Shown: piece after piece, positions 26,336 through 38,001 of the stretch
Position numbering within the stretch: the stretch's first letter is position 1
Layout of the letters: each line of letters opens with the position of its first letter
Source of the DNA: Eledone cirrhosa
Taxonomy: Eukaryota
Direction: 5' to 3'
Assembly (NCBI GenBank): GCA_964016885.1
Contig: OZ024740.1
Coordinates: forward strand, 275,156,001 to 275,220,000
Length of the DNA: 64,000 nt
Notes under the pieces: generated by a model
What the model was told of the DNA's origin: nothing
The model's database searches: none
What the model saw: only the letters and a program-made list of their open reading frames with translations
Translations under genes and position numbers: made by a program

Positions 26336-27379
26336 TGCTGATTGCTGTATGGGTGTTAATACATGAATACCTAGCCACACATATATAGCATATGAAATGG
26401 TCATTGATTTTACAAGGATTTTAAATTGCTATTAATAATTTTGGTTTATGTATTAAAACATTATTTATATTGACAAATGTGTTAAAACAGGTGCATGTGT
26501 ATGTAAATGTGTGTGCATGTAAGTTTGTATGTATACATGAAAATAGATGTAGTGTCTGACTGGGGTGTGTTTTGATGTGTGTGATTGGTGTTGAGTGAAT
26601 GTTTATAGTCTAATTTTCAAATTTAATGTTTCTTGAAATAGAAACTCAAATATTATTCACAAGTTATGTTTTTGGCCATTCTTTTCACATCTGTCTTTTT
26701 CTGTCAAACACAATTTCAGTAGCCTCCACTTGTGTCTCATTTTGACTGTCTCAAGCATCTTTGTCTTACTATTATGATCTGTCTCCCCCGCTCTTTCTCT
26801 CTCCATTTGTATTTCTCAGATCTCTTTATCTCTCCATATTTCTCTCTTTATCTTCTTTCATACTGGTGCCCCTGTTATCTGCATCATCTTCATTGTTTTT
26901 CAATTCATTTCTTTTAAAACTGTCATAGTCAATCATAGTTTAATTGTGATGTTACATTTGCTCTCCAACTTTCATATTTCAAGAAGTTTTTGCTCAACCA
27001 TGTTTATAAGATATAAATCTTCTTCCTGGATGGGACATCACTGATTGTCAGGAAGCCACACACTTAACATGCTACAGCTTCTGGCCCACATACATGCTGT
27101 CTTTTTTCTCTGCTTTTTCTATTGTTACTACTGTAACTTCTGCATGCCAGAGCTAGCTGTTATCTTGCCTGCTCCACTTGGGCACCCTTGGCTCACTTTT
27201 CTTCCAATACATATTTATTTGTATAAAGCTGGTGATATTCTCTGATACTATTCAAATTTTGTCCATTAACATGTTCATTCATGCTCCAATAAAAATGAAG
27301 TATTTTCATTGTTGAATGAATTATTGTATCAAGTAGGAAACTTTGAGTTACTCACCAGTTACATACAAATATACATATG

Positions 27380-27715
27380 TATCAGGATGTGCAATGTAAA
27401 TGTGAGAGAAAAAGGTAGAACTTGGATGAATTGGGAGAAATGAGTTCAAGAGAAGACTACATTGGTACCGATATGTGATGCACATGGATAATGATTGCTG
27501 GGTGAAGAAGTGCCAAGAATTCCCAGTGGAGGGAAGCCACAGGAGAGGTTAGCCAAAGAAGACCTGGGTAAATGTGGTGAGAGCTGATCTTAAATTGTTG
27601 AGAATCACACAGGAGATGACAAAGGAATGCTGCATGTGGAGAAGCGCTGTGCTGAAATGAACCTGCCCAACCCATGCAAGCATGCAAAAACAGTTGTAAA
27701 AACGATGATGATGAA
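27380..27715 (+). pseudogene. Decayed RTE 3' end
   Basis: GGATGTGCAATGTAAATGTGAGAGAA...CATTGGTACCGATATGTGATG...CCCATGCAAGCATG...TAAAACGATGATGATGA. Confidence 0.75.
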
Positions 27716-29737
27716 GGTCGTCATCATTTTCTGATCTTTGTCCTATTTCATAAGCAGAAAGGTCATTATATTGTGACTCATCTGGTCTTTGATATTAGAC
27801 CAGGATTTATTTTGTCTGTCTGTTTTTTAAGGTCCTATAATTCTGCCCTGGAGAAGATATTTAAAAGGGAAGTCATGTTAAAATGCATGTATGTATAAGG
27901 TGAGCTTTTGTCTTTTCACTGTTGTAGGGTATGGTTCCTGCCAGCCATCATATTTGGTAACTTAGTATCTCACAAAGCTGTTTTTTTGCATGTGTGTTTT
28001 ATATCAATTTACACACACATACAGACAATAAAAACCATATTACCAAAACATCCATGCCAACAAAGATGTAAAACTACACAAAAAGAAACAAACATAAATT
28101 AGATATCTGAAAGCATAAACAAAGTGCTTCACTGAATCATCTGCTAAATATTACTCAATATCATGCTGAGGAGTGTCATTCATGCTAAAAAATCAGGAAA
28201 TTATTCTTGGACATAATTGAATTGTCTTCCCATGTCACTATATCTTTTTACTGATTTTTCACTTTTTATTCAGCATATGTTATTTGGAATCATAGCAACT
28301 TGAATCATAATATCCTAGAGCTAAGATAAAAATGAATATTTACACACTAATCTTGTTTGTAGATTCAAATGTATGCACACAGACACATGCATGTATGTAT
28401 GTCAGGATGGAGGACCATAGCAGAATCAACGGCCATCCAATAAGGTTTTTTTGGGGGGGGTTTTAGCGGGAGACTCCTAGTCTTCATTAAGACATCTCTC
28501 TAGGAGACGGTCACACTGATATAAAACCTGTAACTTTATTCAATGATATAGACCAGTTCTTCTTTTTGGACAAATGCATTTGATGTTCAGAGAGTGGGAT
28601 TGGCCTTGTGGCAAGCCTTTCCTCACTTCAAAATGCTTCAAGCACAGGCATTGCTTGATATGTGACATTTTCTGTGGTGCAAGGCATTGCTAACCATAGT
28701 CAAGTCCCTAGCAGGACTAAAAAGCTATGTCTGTGATACTCATAGTTAAGTATCAAGCGATGGCATTACTTGAGTTGCAGCCATCATCATCATCATGTAT
28801 GTATGCATGAATACATGCATTGGAAAGAAGACAAACAATCAAAATATTGTCTTTTTTATGAGGTCTTTGTGATATTTGTTCTGCACTGAAATACAAATGA
28901 TCTGTTGTCATTCTCATCATCAGAAAAGTAGTGTCTTTTTGGAAACCAGTTAACTACAATGCTATCTTTCACCTATTAAATATGAAATTTAAAGAATAAA
29001 CTATAAAACCGATGATGGATTAGCAGAATCATTAGAACATCAACAAAATGCCTACAGTATTTAGCTATGACATATTATGTTCTATGTTCAAATTCTGCCT
29101 AAGTCTGTTTTGCCTTTATCACTTGCAGGGTTGATAAAATAAAGGAAAGCTTTGGTACTGTGTAGATCAGTTGATTTAATATTCTTGTATTTTTATATTT
29201 TAGATGTCACTGGAATGATGGCAGGGTGCTGTGTATTATTCCAAACCAGGTGTGCTTTTCTTCATATTCCTTGATTTGCTCTTAGGTGTAATCATAGATA
29301 GTTTCAAATACTCTCCTTTGTTGATGATCCGGGATTTAACATCTATGATTTACCTACTAATGGTGAAATATTTTTCTCTAAATGGAATATATTCAAATGA
29401 GATTAATCATTATTACCAGGTATCTATATTTAAAGTTCTCTTTAAATTTTAATATGTTACATCCATAATTATGTGTGTTTACACTCTTTACGAATTATCC
29501 CTTCTCAATGTTTGATATGTTTATTTTATATATATATATATATATGTATATCAACCTTTAATTTAATTTTTAATAAATGCTCGGATTTATTCCTTAGAAT
29601 AGTTGAATTTCTTCTACAGGTGGTACAGCTCATTGTTTCCGATCTTCTCAGACATGACATCTTTAATTGTTAATACATTTTTATATGTGAATGAGGTTTC
29701 ATTAATATTTACTAAACAAAATAGATAGAATTTAAAT

Positions 29738-29830
29738 AATAATTGTTTCTACTTTAGGCACAAGGCCAGCAATTACCCAGTGCATTACTGGTACTTTATT
29801 TTATCGACCCCGTAAGGATGAAAGGCAAAG
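29738..29830 (-). mobile_element. 5'-truncated SINE family A with 17-bp TSD
   Basis: TSD AGAATTTAAATAATAAT on both sides. Confidence 0.9.
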
Positions 29831-30514
29831 AATTTAAATAATAATAAATGATTTACATATTTGAAAAAAAAAAAGAAGTATTTTCTCATTTGATTGAAAA
29901 AATTATGAAAACAATAAAAGTAATGAGTACAGGATCAGTAAGTGAACAGCTGCATAGTAATGATGATTACTTAGAACTGTAGTTTCTGAAACCACATCTC
30001 AAAACATGCAAACAAATGCTAATAAGCCTATAAGGGAGCTTATATGATGTGGATCAGCATTCAATATATAACTTCAAGATATATCTCAAATCACTCCAAC
30101 TTAAAATGAAGGGATACAGTGTATGATATAATCCTAGATATATGTATGGGCAGTTAGAAAAAAGGGAGTTACACATGGCTGGATCATATTGTATGTTTAT
30201 ACTTGTGTATATATATATCTTCAGTATATTTTTTAATTACTCCCTTATGGTTAAGTAAAGAATTTAGCTGAATCGGACTGCTATATTTAGTATCCCTTTC
30301 ACTTGCCATTGTCCACGTACGATTGTCCCTTTACAGGACGCTAATTACATGATAATTCTCCCATTTGAAATTATTTCTAAAATGTTCCCTAACGAGTTGA
30401 GATTTTGACAGCACTAAATGCTGAGTTTTGCTCAATGAAACTAAGTAACTAGGTAAATATTTATTTATCTTATTTGTATTTCTTCAAATATAAATTATAT
30501 ATATATATATATAT

Positions 30515-30856
30515 GGAGGCACAAGGCTTACTGGTTAGAGCATTGGCCTTGCAATCGAAAGGTTGCGAGTTCAATTCTCAGACCAGGTGATGTGTTGTTT
30601 CCTTGAGCAAGACACTTTATTTCACATTGCTCCAGTTTACTCAGCTGTAGAAATGAGATGATAGGGACTGGGGTCCATATCATACCACTGCAAAGTGGTC
30701 GTGGAGGTGCCGCAGAAAAAAAGCACCCAGCACTCACTGTAAATGAGGTTGGTGTTAGGAAGGGTATTCAGCTGTAGAAATCAAGCCAGAATCAGTTCCC
30801 GTACCACCTTTGCAAGCAGGGAAAAGTGGACATAAAATGAAATGATGATGATGATG

Positions 30857-30858
<2 letters not shown>
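30515..30858 (+). mobile_element. Tripartite SINE: tRNA head + CORE-like domain + RTE-derived 3' tail
   Basis: GAGTTCAATTC B-box; CCTTGAGCAAGACACTT; 30686-30800 matches the 3' UTR of the RTE copy at 60.9-61.0 kb; (GAT)n tail. Confidence 0.85.
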
Positions 30859-30890
<32 letters not shown>

Positions 30891-30919
30891 TATATATAAT
30901 ATATATATAATATATATAT

Positions 30920-30986
<67 letters not shown>

Positions 30987-31199
30987 ATAAACAACACAAT
31001 ATAATTATTCCATTACCCAAGGGTTCACAAAGTTAGACAATTCTAACAGAAACGTCTGATATTGCACATCAGAAGGAATCTTTAATGGAATAATTATATT
31101 GTGATGTTTATTACATCATTAAATAGCTCTGTAAAATCCATAGAGCACTCTTCTTTCCTTTACCCTTTCCACAGAAATACTTAACACACACACACACAT

Positions 31200-31307
<108 letters not shown>

Positions 31308-32038
31308 CCTTGCATAAGATCTTAAACAAAATAGTAGAAGTCATTTTGTAAGTGTTTCAGCTTCTGCATATCTGCCTGTACTTATTATAAGCTAATTTTA
31401 AATAGTTGACTGCACTTTAGTACTGGAATTACTGTTTAAATCTATGCTGGAGTTATGCAGAAGAATTCAAATTAATGAGCAAATTGCTGTCAAAAAGATG
31501 GATATATATATATATATATATCTATAGATTGATAGATAGATAGAAATAAATAAAAGTGAGATAAAAATCCTAAACTGATAACAACATTAACAAAAACTAC
31601 ATGACTAAAATAAAAAAAGGAAAAAAATAATCCCAAATTTTCAACAAACTTATCAGAGTTTAAATTGCTATGGTTATTGATACTGAAATTAAAAAAGAAA
31701 AAACACACAAAAAATGAAGAATAAATTAGGCAACAAAAAATCATTCAATAAGAAAAAAACATTCCCATAAATAAACCGAAAATGTAACACAGCCTCTCTC
31801 CCTCACACAGCCACTCATGCAAGAATAAAAATAATAAATAAAAGACGAAATAATATTTAAATACATGAAACAAAAAAATCCATGGAGGGTGGGCGAAAAA
31901 CAATTACCTTTAACATTCTTAGTGAGGTGATTTCATGAATAACAAGAATGTTTTACAATTTAGCTCTGGTATTACAGCTTGGGTGTAACATAGACAGTAA
32001 TACTCTGTAAAAGAAAAAGAGAGATGGGGAAGTTGTGA

Positions 32039-32039
<1 letters not shown>

Positions 32040-32090
<51 letters not shown>

Positions 32091-32101
32091 AATACATATA
32101 T

Positions 32102-32177
<76 letters not shown>

Positions 32178-32230
32178 ATATTGTATGTATGTGTATATAT
32201 ATATATGTGTGTGTATGTATGTGTATATTG

Positions 32231-32288
<58 letters not shown>

Positions 32289-32867
32289 CATACATGCATG
32301 TTCATATATGGGATATGGTGTGTTTAAATTCTAGAAGCAACTAGCCTCCAGACCATTGTAGCTTCAATTGGCAAAGATGAAATCTCATTAAACAGATATA
32401 TGGTTAGAATTAATGATATAAAAATTGAGTTGTACCCAGAGATATTGAATTTCTGATCCTAATCATAGCTGAAATAGACTTAGAATGATTCTTGTAGCAG
32501 TCTGGCTTCTTTAATCAAACATGTATAATAAATAGTTAACAATATGTATAGTTACTGGTTCTCTGTGAATAAAACCTCCACACATATTCAAGACGATGGG
32601 TAGATAGAAAAATAATAACACCCAGCCCAGCCACACAAACAAACAAACATGTTATTCCAAAGTGAATATAAATGAATAAGATAAACTGCCAAAATAACAG
32701 CAACAATAACAGTAATATTGATAGTAATAATAATTCTTTATTTTTTTTTATAAGAAAAGTAACATAAAATTAATGAGAAAAGCAACAAAGAATCAAAGAA
32801 CATGGTATCATGAATAAGTGTTTTCAAGAGTGTGTGTGCATCCACATTTAGTCTGTAAATGTATATA

Positions 32868-32922
<55 letters not shown>

Positions 32923-33123
32923 ATATATATAAATATATGTATATATATATATGTATATATATATAGGTATATATGTATATATAATTATATATATATATGT
33001 GTGTATATATATAAATATATGTATATATATATAGGTATATATGTATATATAATTATATATATATATATATATAAATATATGTATATATATATATGTATAT
33101 ATATATAGGTATATATTTATATA

Positions 33124-33181
<58 letters not shown>

Positions 33182-33217
33182 TATATATGTATATATAATT
33201 ATATATATATATATAAT

Positions 33218-33249
<32 letters not shown>

Positions 33250-33255
33250 TATATT
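32040..33255. repeat. (TA)n-rich compound microsatellites (32040-32290 and 32873-33255)
   Basis: Direct inspection. Confidence 0.9.
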
Positions 33256-33337
33256 GTTATACTTTGGGAGGGTCATGTTGTCAATAAGAATCTTGCTAAA
33301 CAAATTCAGAAACGAAATATATATATATATAAATATC

Positions 33338-33450
33338 ATAGAGAGTCAGGACCCTGCTGGCTTGGCATTTGCAGTTTCAACAGCTAGTTCCAGTCTGGAA
33401 TTAGCTGTTGAAATGGCAAGTGTTAAGCCATCAGGTACCCAGCTCTTTAT
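33338..33450. repeat. ~113-bp imperfect hairpin with a unique one-sided extension to ~33530, between (TA)n tracts
   Basis: CTGCTGGCTTGGCATTTGCAGTTTCAACAGCTAGTTCCAG-T-CTGGAATTAGCTGTTGAAATGGCAAGTGTTAAGCCATCAG. Confidence 0.85.
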
Positions 33451-33534
33451 ATAACCATACTCTACTACCTCAAGTATCAAGTACTCTGTCGTGTAATGGT
33501 CTAACCAGTTTAAAACTGAATCCATCCTGATATA

Positions 33535-33984
33535 TATAAAAATAGAGGTGTGACACACGAGTTGTGATATATTAGTAAAAAGGAAAAGAAAATGCTGACA
33601 AATTTTTCCTCGTGAAAAATAGTTTAATTAGGAATAAGTATAAATTAGTAATAAGTATTAGTTAGTATTTAGTTTTAGTTTTAAGTTTTTACCGGTTGCG
33701 CATTTCTAATGCTTTTCAAAAATAATTTTGAGATAGAGTGCTCGTGATTTTTGCTCTAATCTGATCAGTTTTGGAAATTCTTCCTGTTTTATGTGAAAAA
33801 AGTGGCTTGGGAGGTATTAAGATTTGGTTGGTTGTTGAATGTCACGTGAATAAGCACTATAGATTTCGCGCCAATTCGTGTTGCAAAAAAATCTTGTAGT
33901 CAAAACAATTTTGATTGGTCGGTAGAAGTCACGTTATGTTAACATGTTGAAACATATTTTTCACCTCTTGTCTTATACGGAGAA

Positions 33985-34018
<34 letters not shown>

Positions 34019-36655
34019 TAGTGTTCTCGTGTGCATGCGTGTGTGTGTGTGGATGGACCAGTATTTTTGTGGTAGTGGTAAAAAATGGCGTACATTATTC
34101 GATATTTTCAGTCATTTGCAAAAACGATTCTCTCAAAAGAACACCAACAACATCAATAATAAAAGAGGTGAAATGATGTATAGTATTGTCATAACAGCAA
34201 CGTGTGTGTGAGTCCAGATTGTACGTACTGCAAGGGGAATCTATTAGGCACTGCCGTATGGGATACTTGTGTACAAATATGTATGCACCCATCAGTGTGC
34301 AATACATGTATACGTATGTGTATGTGTGCGTGTCGGCACGTTATATCTATAAACATCAAAAGGTATGCAAATTTGTGTATATTTGTGTTGCACCATAGAA
34401 CATGTATGTTTACGTATGTCATTGTGTTTATATGTGGATAGAAATGTATGTAGGACGTATGCTGATGAAGGTATGTATGTCAACGTGTGTATGTTGTGGG
34501 TTCGTATTAGGAGGAAGTGTTTAGACGGGGTCCGTATTTGTTAATAAAGTGAGATTCCTTGCTGATGCGCTGGGTGTGGGTGGCATTATCTTTAAATTTG
34601 TAGAGGAGAAAGATTCTAAAGTTGGAATCATTTTGGGTGGTACAGGTATCAATGTGTTCACTCAGTGCTATTTTTCTGTATTCCCGTATTTAGATTTGGG
34701 ATCTATGGACCGTCGTGCGTTGGCGGAGGCTGTTTTTAGTCTGGCCTATATATTGTTCTCGACAACCTGAGCAAGTTAATACATGTATTAGGTTTTCTGA
34801 TGTGCATGTGAAATTGTGTTTTACTATAAAACGTTGTCATTGTTTGAAATAGAATTCCGAACCCTCTATTAGGTTGATGCATATACCACTGTTGGGTCTA
34901 TCGCATTTTTTAACTGTGGGTTTCGTTGTTGTGGTTGGCAGTACTTTGGCATGTGTTAGGATGTTTTTTATTGACTTTTGCTCTTTATGATATCGTCTGT
35001 TCGAAGGATTTGGTTCATTCTATGGTCGTTTTATAATACAGGGATGTTCTGGAGGATGGTGTCAAATGCCTCATTGTTGAGAGAGTTGTGTGTGGAGATG
35101 TATGGAAGAGCTTTTAGTTTCGGTTGATTAAACTTTAGGGTGTCTAAGGTCCTGAGTACTGAGTTTTAGGGTACGTTGGATTCCATTGTCAATTAGTGAT
35201 GCAGAGTAGTCCCTTCTTATGAGTGTGTCCTTTAGTTCTTGTAGACGTAAGTAACAGGTGTTTTATTGGAAACTATAGTACAGATTCTTTTGGCTAAGTT
35301 GTAGGGAATATTAATTTTAACGTGTCTAGGGTGGCATGAATTGAAAGGAAGATATTGCTTGGAGTATATGTCTATTTCTATTTTTTTGTTATGAATCTTA
35401 ATGATGATGTCGAGGAAGGGGATGGCTGTATTCCATTTTAAAATTAATATTCGTGTTGAGCCCATTTATAAGGGTGTGAAATTCTTTAAGTTTCTCGATG
35501 TTTTCGTGCCAAAGGATGAAGCAGTCATCTAGATATCACTTCCAGTTCTATTCTATATGTAAGTGGAGAGTGTTTCCAAATTTTTTTAGTACTTTAGTGT
35601 ATAGGGTGATTTCCAGGTATCCCATGACTAGGTTGGCATAAGTGGGGGCCGTTTTCGTTCCCATAGCGGTCCCAGATATCTGTCTGTAGAATTTGTTATT
35701 GAAAACGAAGTAATTATTCTCCAAGATATATTTGAGTTCTTCTATCACAAATTCTTTTTTGATGCATTGTGGGAGTTCATTGGGGTAATTATCCAGCCAG
35801 AATTGGATAGTTTCTATTCCTAGGTTGTGGGGGATGTTGGAGTATATGTTGACTACATCGAACGTCACTAGCAGGGATTGTTCAGTAAGGGGTATATAAG
35901 GGAGGTGGTTGAGCATATCTAGGTCGTCCCTTATGCAGCTTTTAATGTGTTTGAGAAAAGGCTTGAGAAGGGTATCAATGAAGTTGCTAAGGCGGTGGGT
36001 TTCGCAAGCGGGGCTTGCTATCATAGGTCTTAATTTGAGATCATTAGGTGAGGGGACATTGATGACTAAATCTGTGGCTTCCTTGCATAACTTACTTATT
36101 AATTCGCTTTTATGTACTTTAGGGATACCGTAGAAAAGGCTGGATTTACTTGTGAAGTCTGTGATGAAGCTGAATTCCTTGTTAGTGAGTTCTTCTTTGT
36201 ATGGGTTGATCAGAGTTTTTAGGTTTCTCATAATTTTCTGTTGATTGTAGTGTTCAGCCTTTTCGTAGTATGTTTCGTTTTCCAAAGTGGAGAGCGCTAA
36301 GTTGATATCGAATTCTGTCTCCATTAGGACTACTGCACTCCCTTTATCGGCCTCTTTAATTGTAATAGTTCTGTCGGTTTTTAATCTATTTAATTCTTCC
36401 CATTCTTTCTTGTTGAGTTTTGGCTTGTGTTTTTGTCTGTGCAAGTGTTGGTAAGGGAAGTTTGTGATGTGTTCACAGAATTCGCCCAGGATTTTATTTC
36501 TACCTTTTGATGGAGTATAGTTGCTTCTATTTCTGGCTAATGGTTCATCCTAATTGTACTGGGCGAATAGTTCTTCACTGAGCCGTAACTTTCTACAGAA
36601 TTCTGTGATGTCTTCCTTCATTTATAGTAGTTTGGACGTAGGAGGGTCGATGTGA
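33535..36655 (-). mobile_element. Decayed Penelope-like retroelement (RT + C-terminal GIY-YIG, Neptune-like) with 3' pLTR
   Basis: ORF 35548-36444 has ITIKEADKGSAVV, FYGIPKVHK, LRPMIAS, LVTFDVVNIYSNIP, GTAMGTKTAPTYANL; then K*YLDDC; FLDI..QYLPFNSCHP (35232-35465); NLIHVLTCSGCREQYIGQT at ~34740-34795; several stops and frameshifts; flanked by (TA)n. Confidence 0.92.
35548..36444 (-). pseudogene. Penelope-like reverse transcriptase fragment
   Basis: PLE RT motifs listed for the 33535-36655 element; premature stop before YLDD. Confidence 0.9.
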
Positions 36656-36670
36656 ATTATATATATATAT

Positions 36671-37529
36671 CATGTAACGTAATGTACACATTTTTCTACC
36701 ATTTCCACACTCCATTCGTATCCAGTCCAACCCTCCGACAATTCTATAGCATTTTCTCTTCCCCGAATCCAATCTTGCCAAATCCTACTGTAGTTTTGTC
36801 GTATTTCCCAAAACAAATCTGTATTTTTTGTTATTGCTTGTTAAATACGAGGTTTTTGTCGTATTAAACAAAACAAATCTTGTATTTTTGTTATCGCTTG
36901 TTAAATACGAGGACCTCATTCAAACCTTACCTTCTCGCTAACTACCCATCCTTAATTCCTTAATTCTATCGTATTTTCAAAACAAAACAAAATCCTTCTT
37001 CTTCTTATAAATTCTTTTAAATATATTTGTTATTTCGAAAACTCTCAACTCCCGCTCCTACTATCTTCTCCCCCTCCCCTACTTCATGAGGGTTCGCGGT
37101 CAGTCACCCCAATATCTACATCATGCGGCCAAACCTATCCCCCCCCCCCCCATCTCTCTCCCTCTCTCCCTCTCTCTCTCTCCCTCTCTATCTATATATA
37201 TATAAGATAAACCCTTCAAGTAAATTACATTCGCCAAATTCATCGCTGCTTTCTTCACGGTATCTCATGTAACGTAATGTACACATTTTTCTACCATTTC
37301 CACACTCATTCGTATCCAGTCCAACCCTCCGACAATTCTATAGCATTTTCTCTTCCCCGAATCCAATCTTGCCAAATCCTACTGATGTTTTGTCGTATTT
37401 CCCAAAACAATTCTGTATTTTTGTTAAATACGAGGTTTTTGTCGTATTAAACAAAACAAATCTTGTATTTTTGTCATCGCTTGTTAAATACGAGGACCTC
37501 ATTCAAACCTTACCTTCTCGCTAACTACC
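36671..37529 (+). repeat. ~270-bp direct repeat (36671-36947 / 37267-37529), probable tandem 5'-UTR monomers of the downstream RTE
   Basis: Near-identical CATGTAACGTAATGTACACATTTTTCTACC...CTCGCTAACTAC blocks about 596 bp apart. Confidence 0.85.
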
Positions 37530-37579
37530 CAACACCCTTCCCTCCCGTACCCACGCACCACCATTATTATTACGTGGAC

Positions 37580-37742
37580 GGTGGATTGGCAGTATCGGTA
37601 GAGTATAGTTACGTCCCTTTACGATCTGAGTTCAAATCACGCCGAGGTTGACTTTGCCTTTCATCCTTACGGGGTCGATAAAATAAAGTACCAGTAATGC
37701 ACTGGATAATTGCTGGCCTTGTGCCTAAAGTAGAAACAATTA
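37580..37742 (+). mobile_element. SINE family A nested upstream of the RTE ORF
   Basis: Family body; TSD ATTATTACGTGGAC / ATTAATACGTGGAC. Confidence 0.9.
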
Positions 37743-38001
37743 TTAATACGTGGACCAATCATAAGCCAGAGGCCTATACTATCGCTTACCTGGTTGCCTT
37801 TCGATATACAATGGATGGATGGACTACGGAATTCTGGAGAGTGGAAGAGAGAAAAATCTGGACGCTCAGCGACAATGCCAAAGATAAAGAAAAATTCACC
37901 TCTTTGTTTCGGCCGCGGATGGCTAACATAACCCCATCCCCCCCCCCCCCCCCCTCCGCTCCAACCCTCCAAACGCAATCCAAAACTTCAGAGTTGGTAC
38001 C

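Noticed and set aside
29204-29249. Possible 46-nt + strand exon (TTTTAG...CAG/GTGTGC)
   Set aside because: Good acceptor but weak donor, no partner exons and no recognisable peptide
35520-35550. Selenocysteine read-through of TGA in the Penelope RT (as in some Naiad elements)
   Set aside because: The TGA sits at an Arg position before YLDD (CGA>TGA decay), TAG/TAA stops and frameshifts also occur, and the endonuclease is C-terminal
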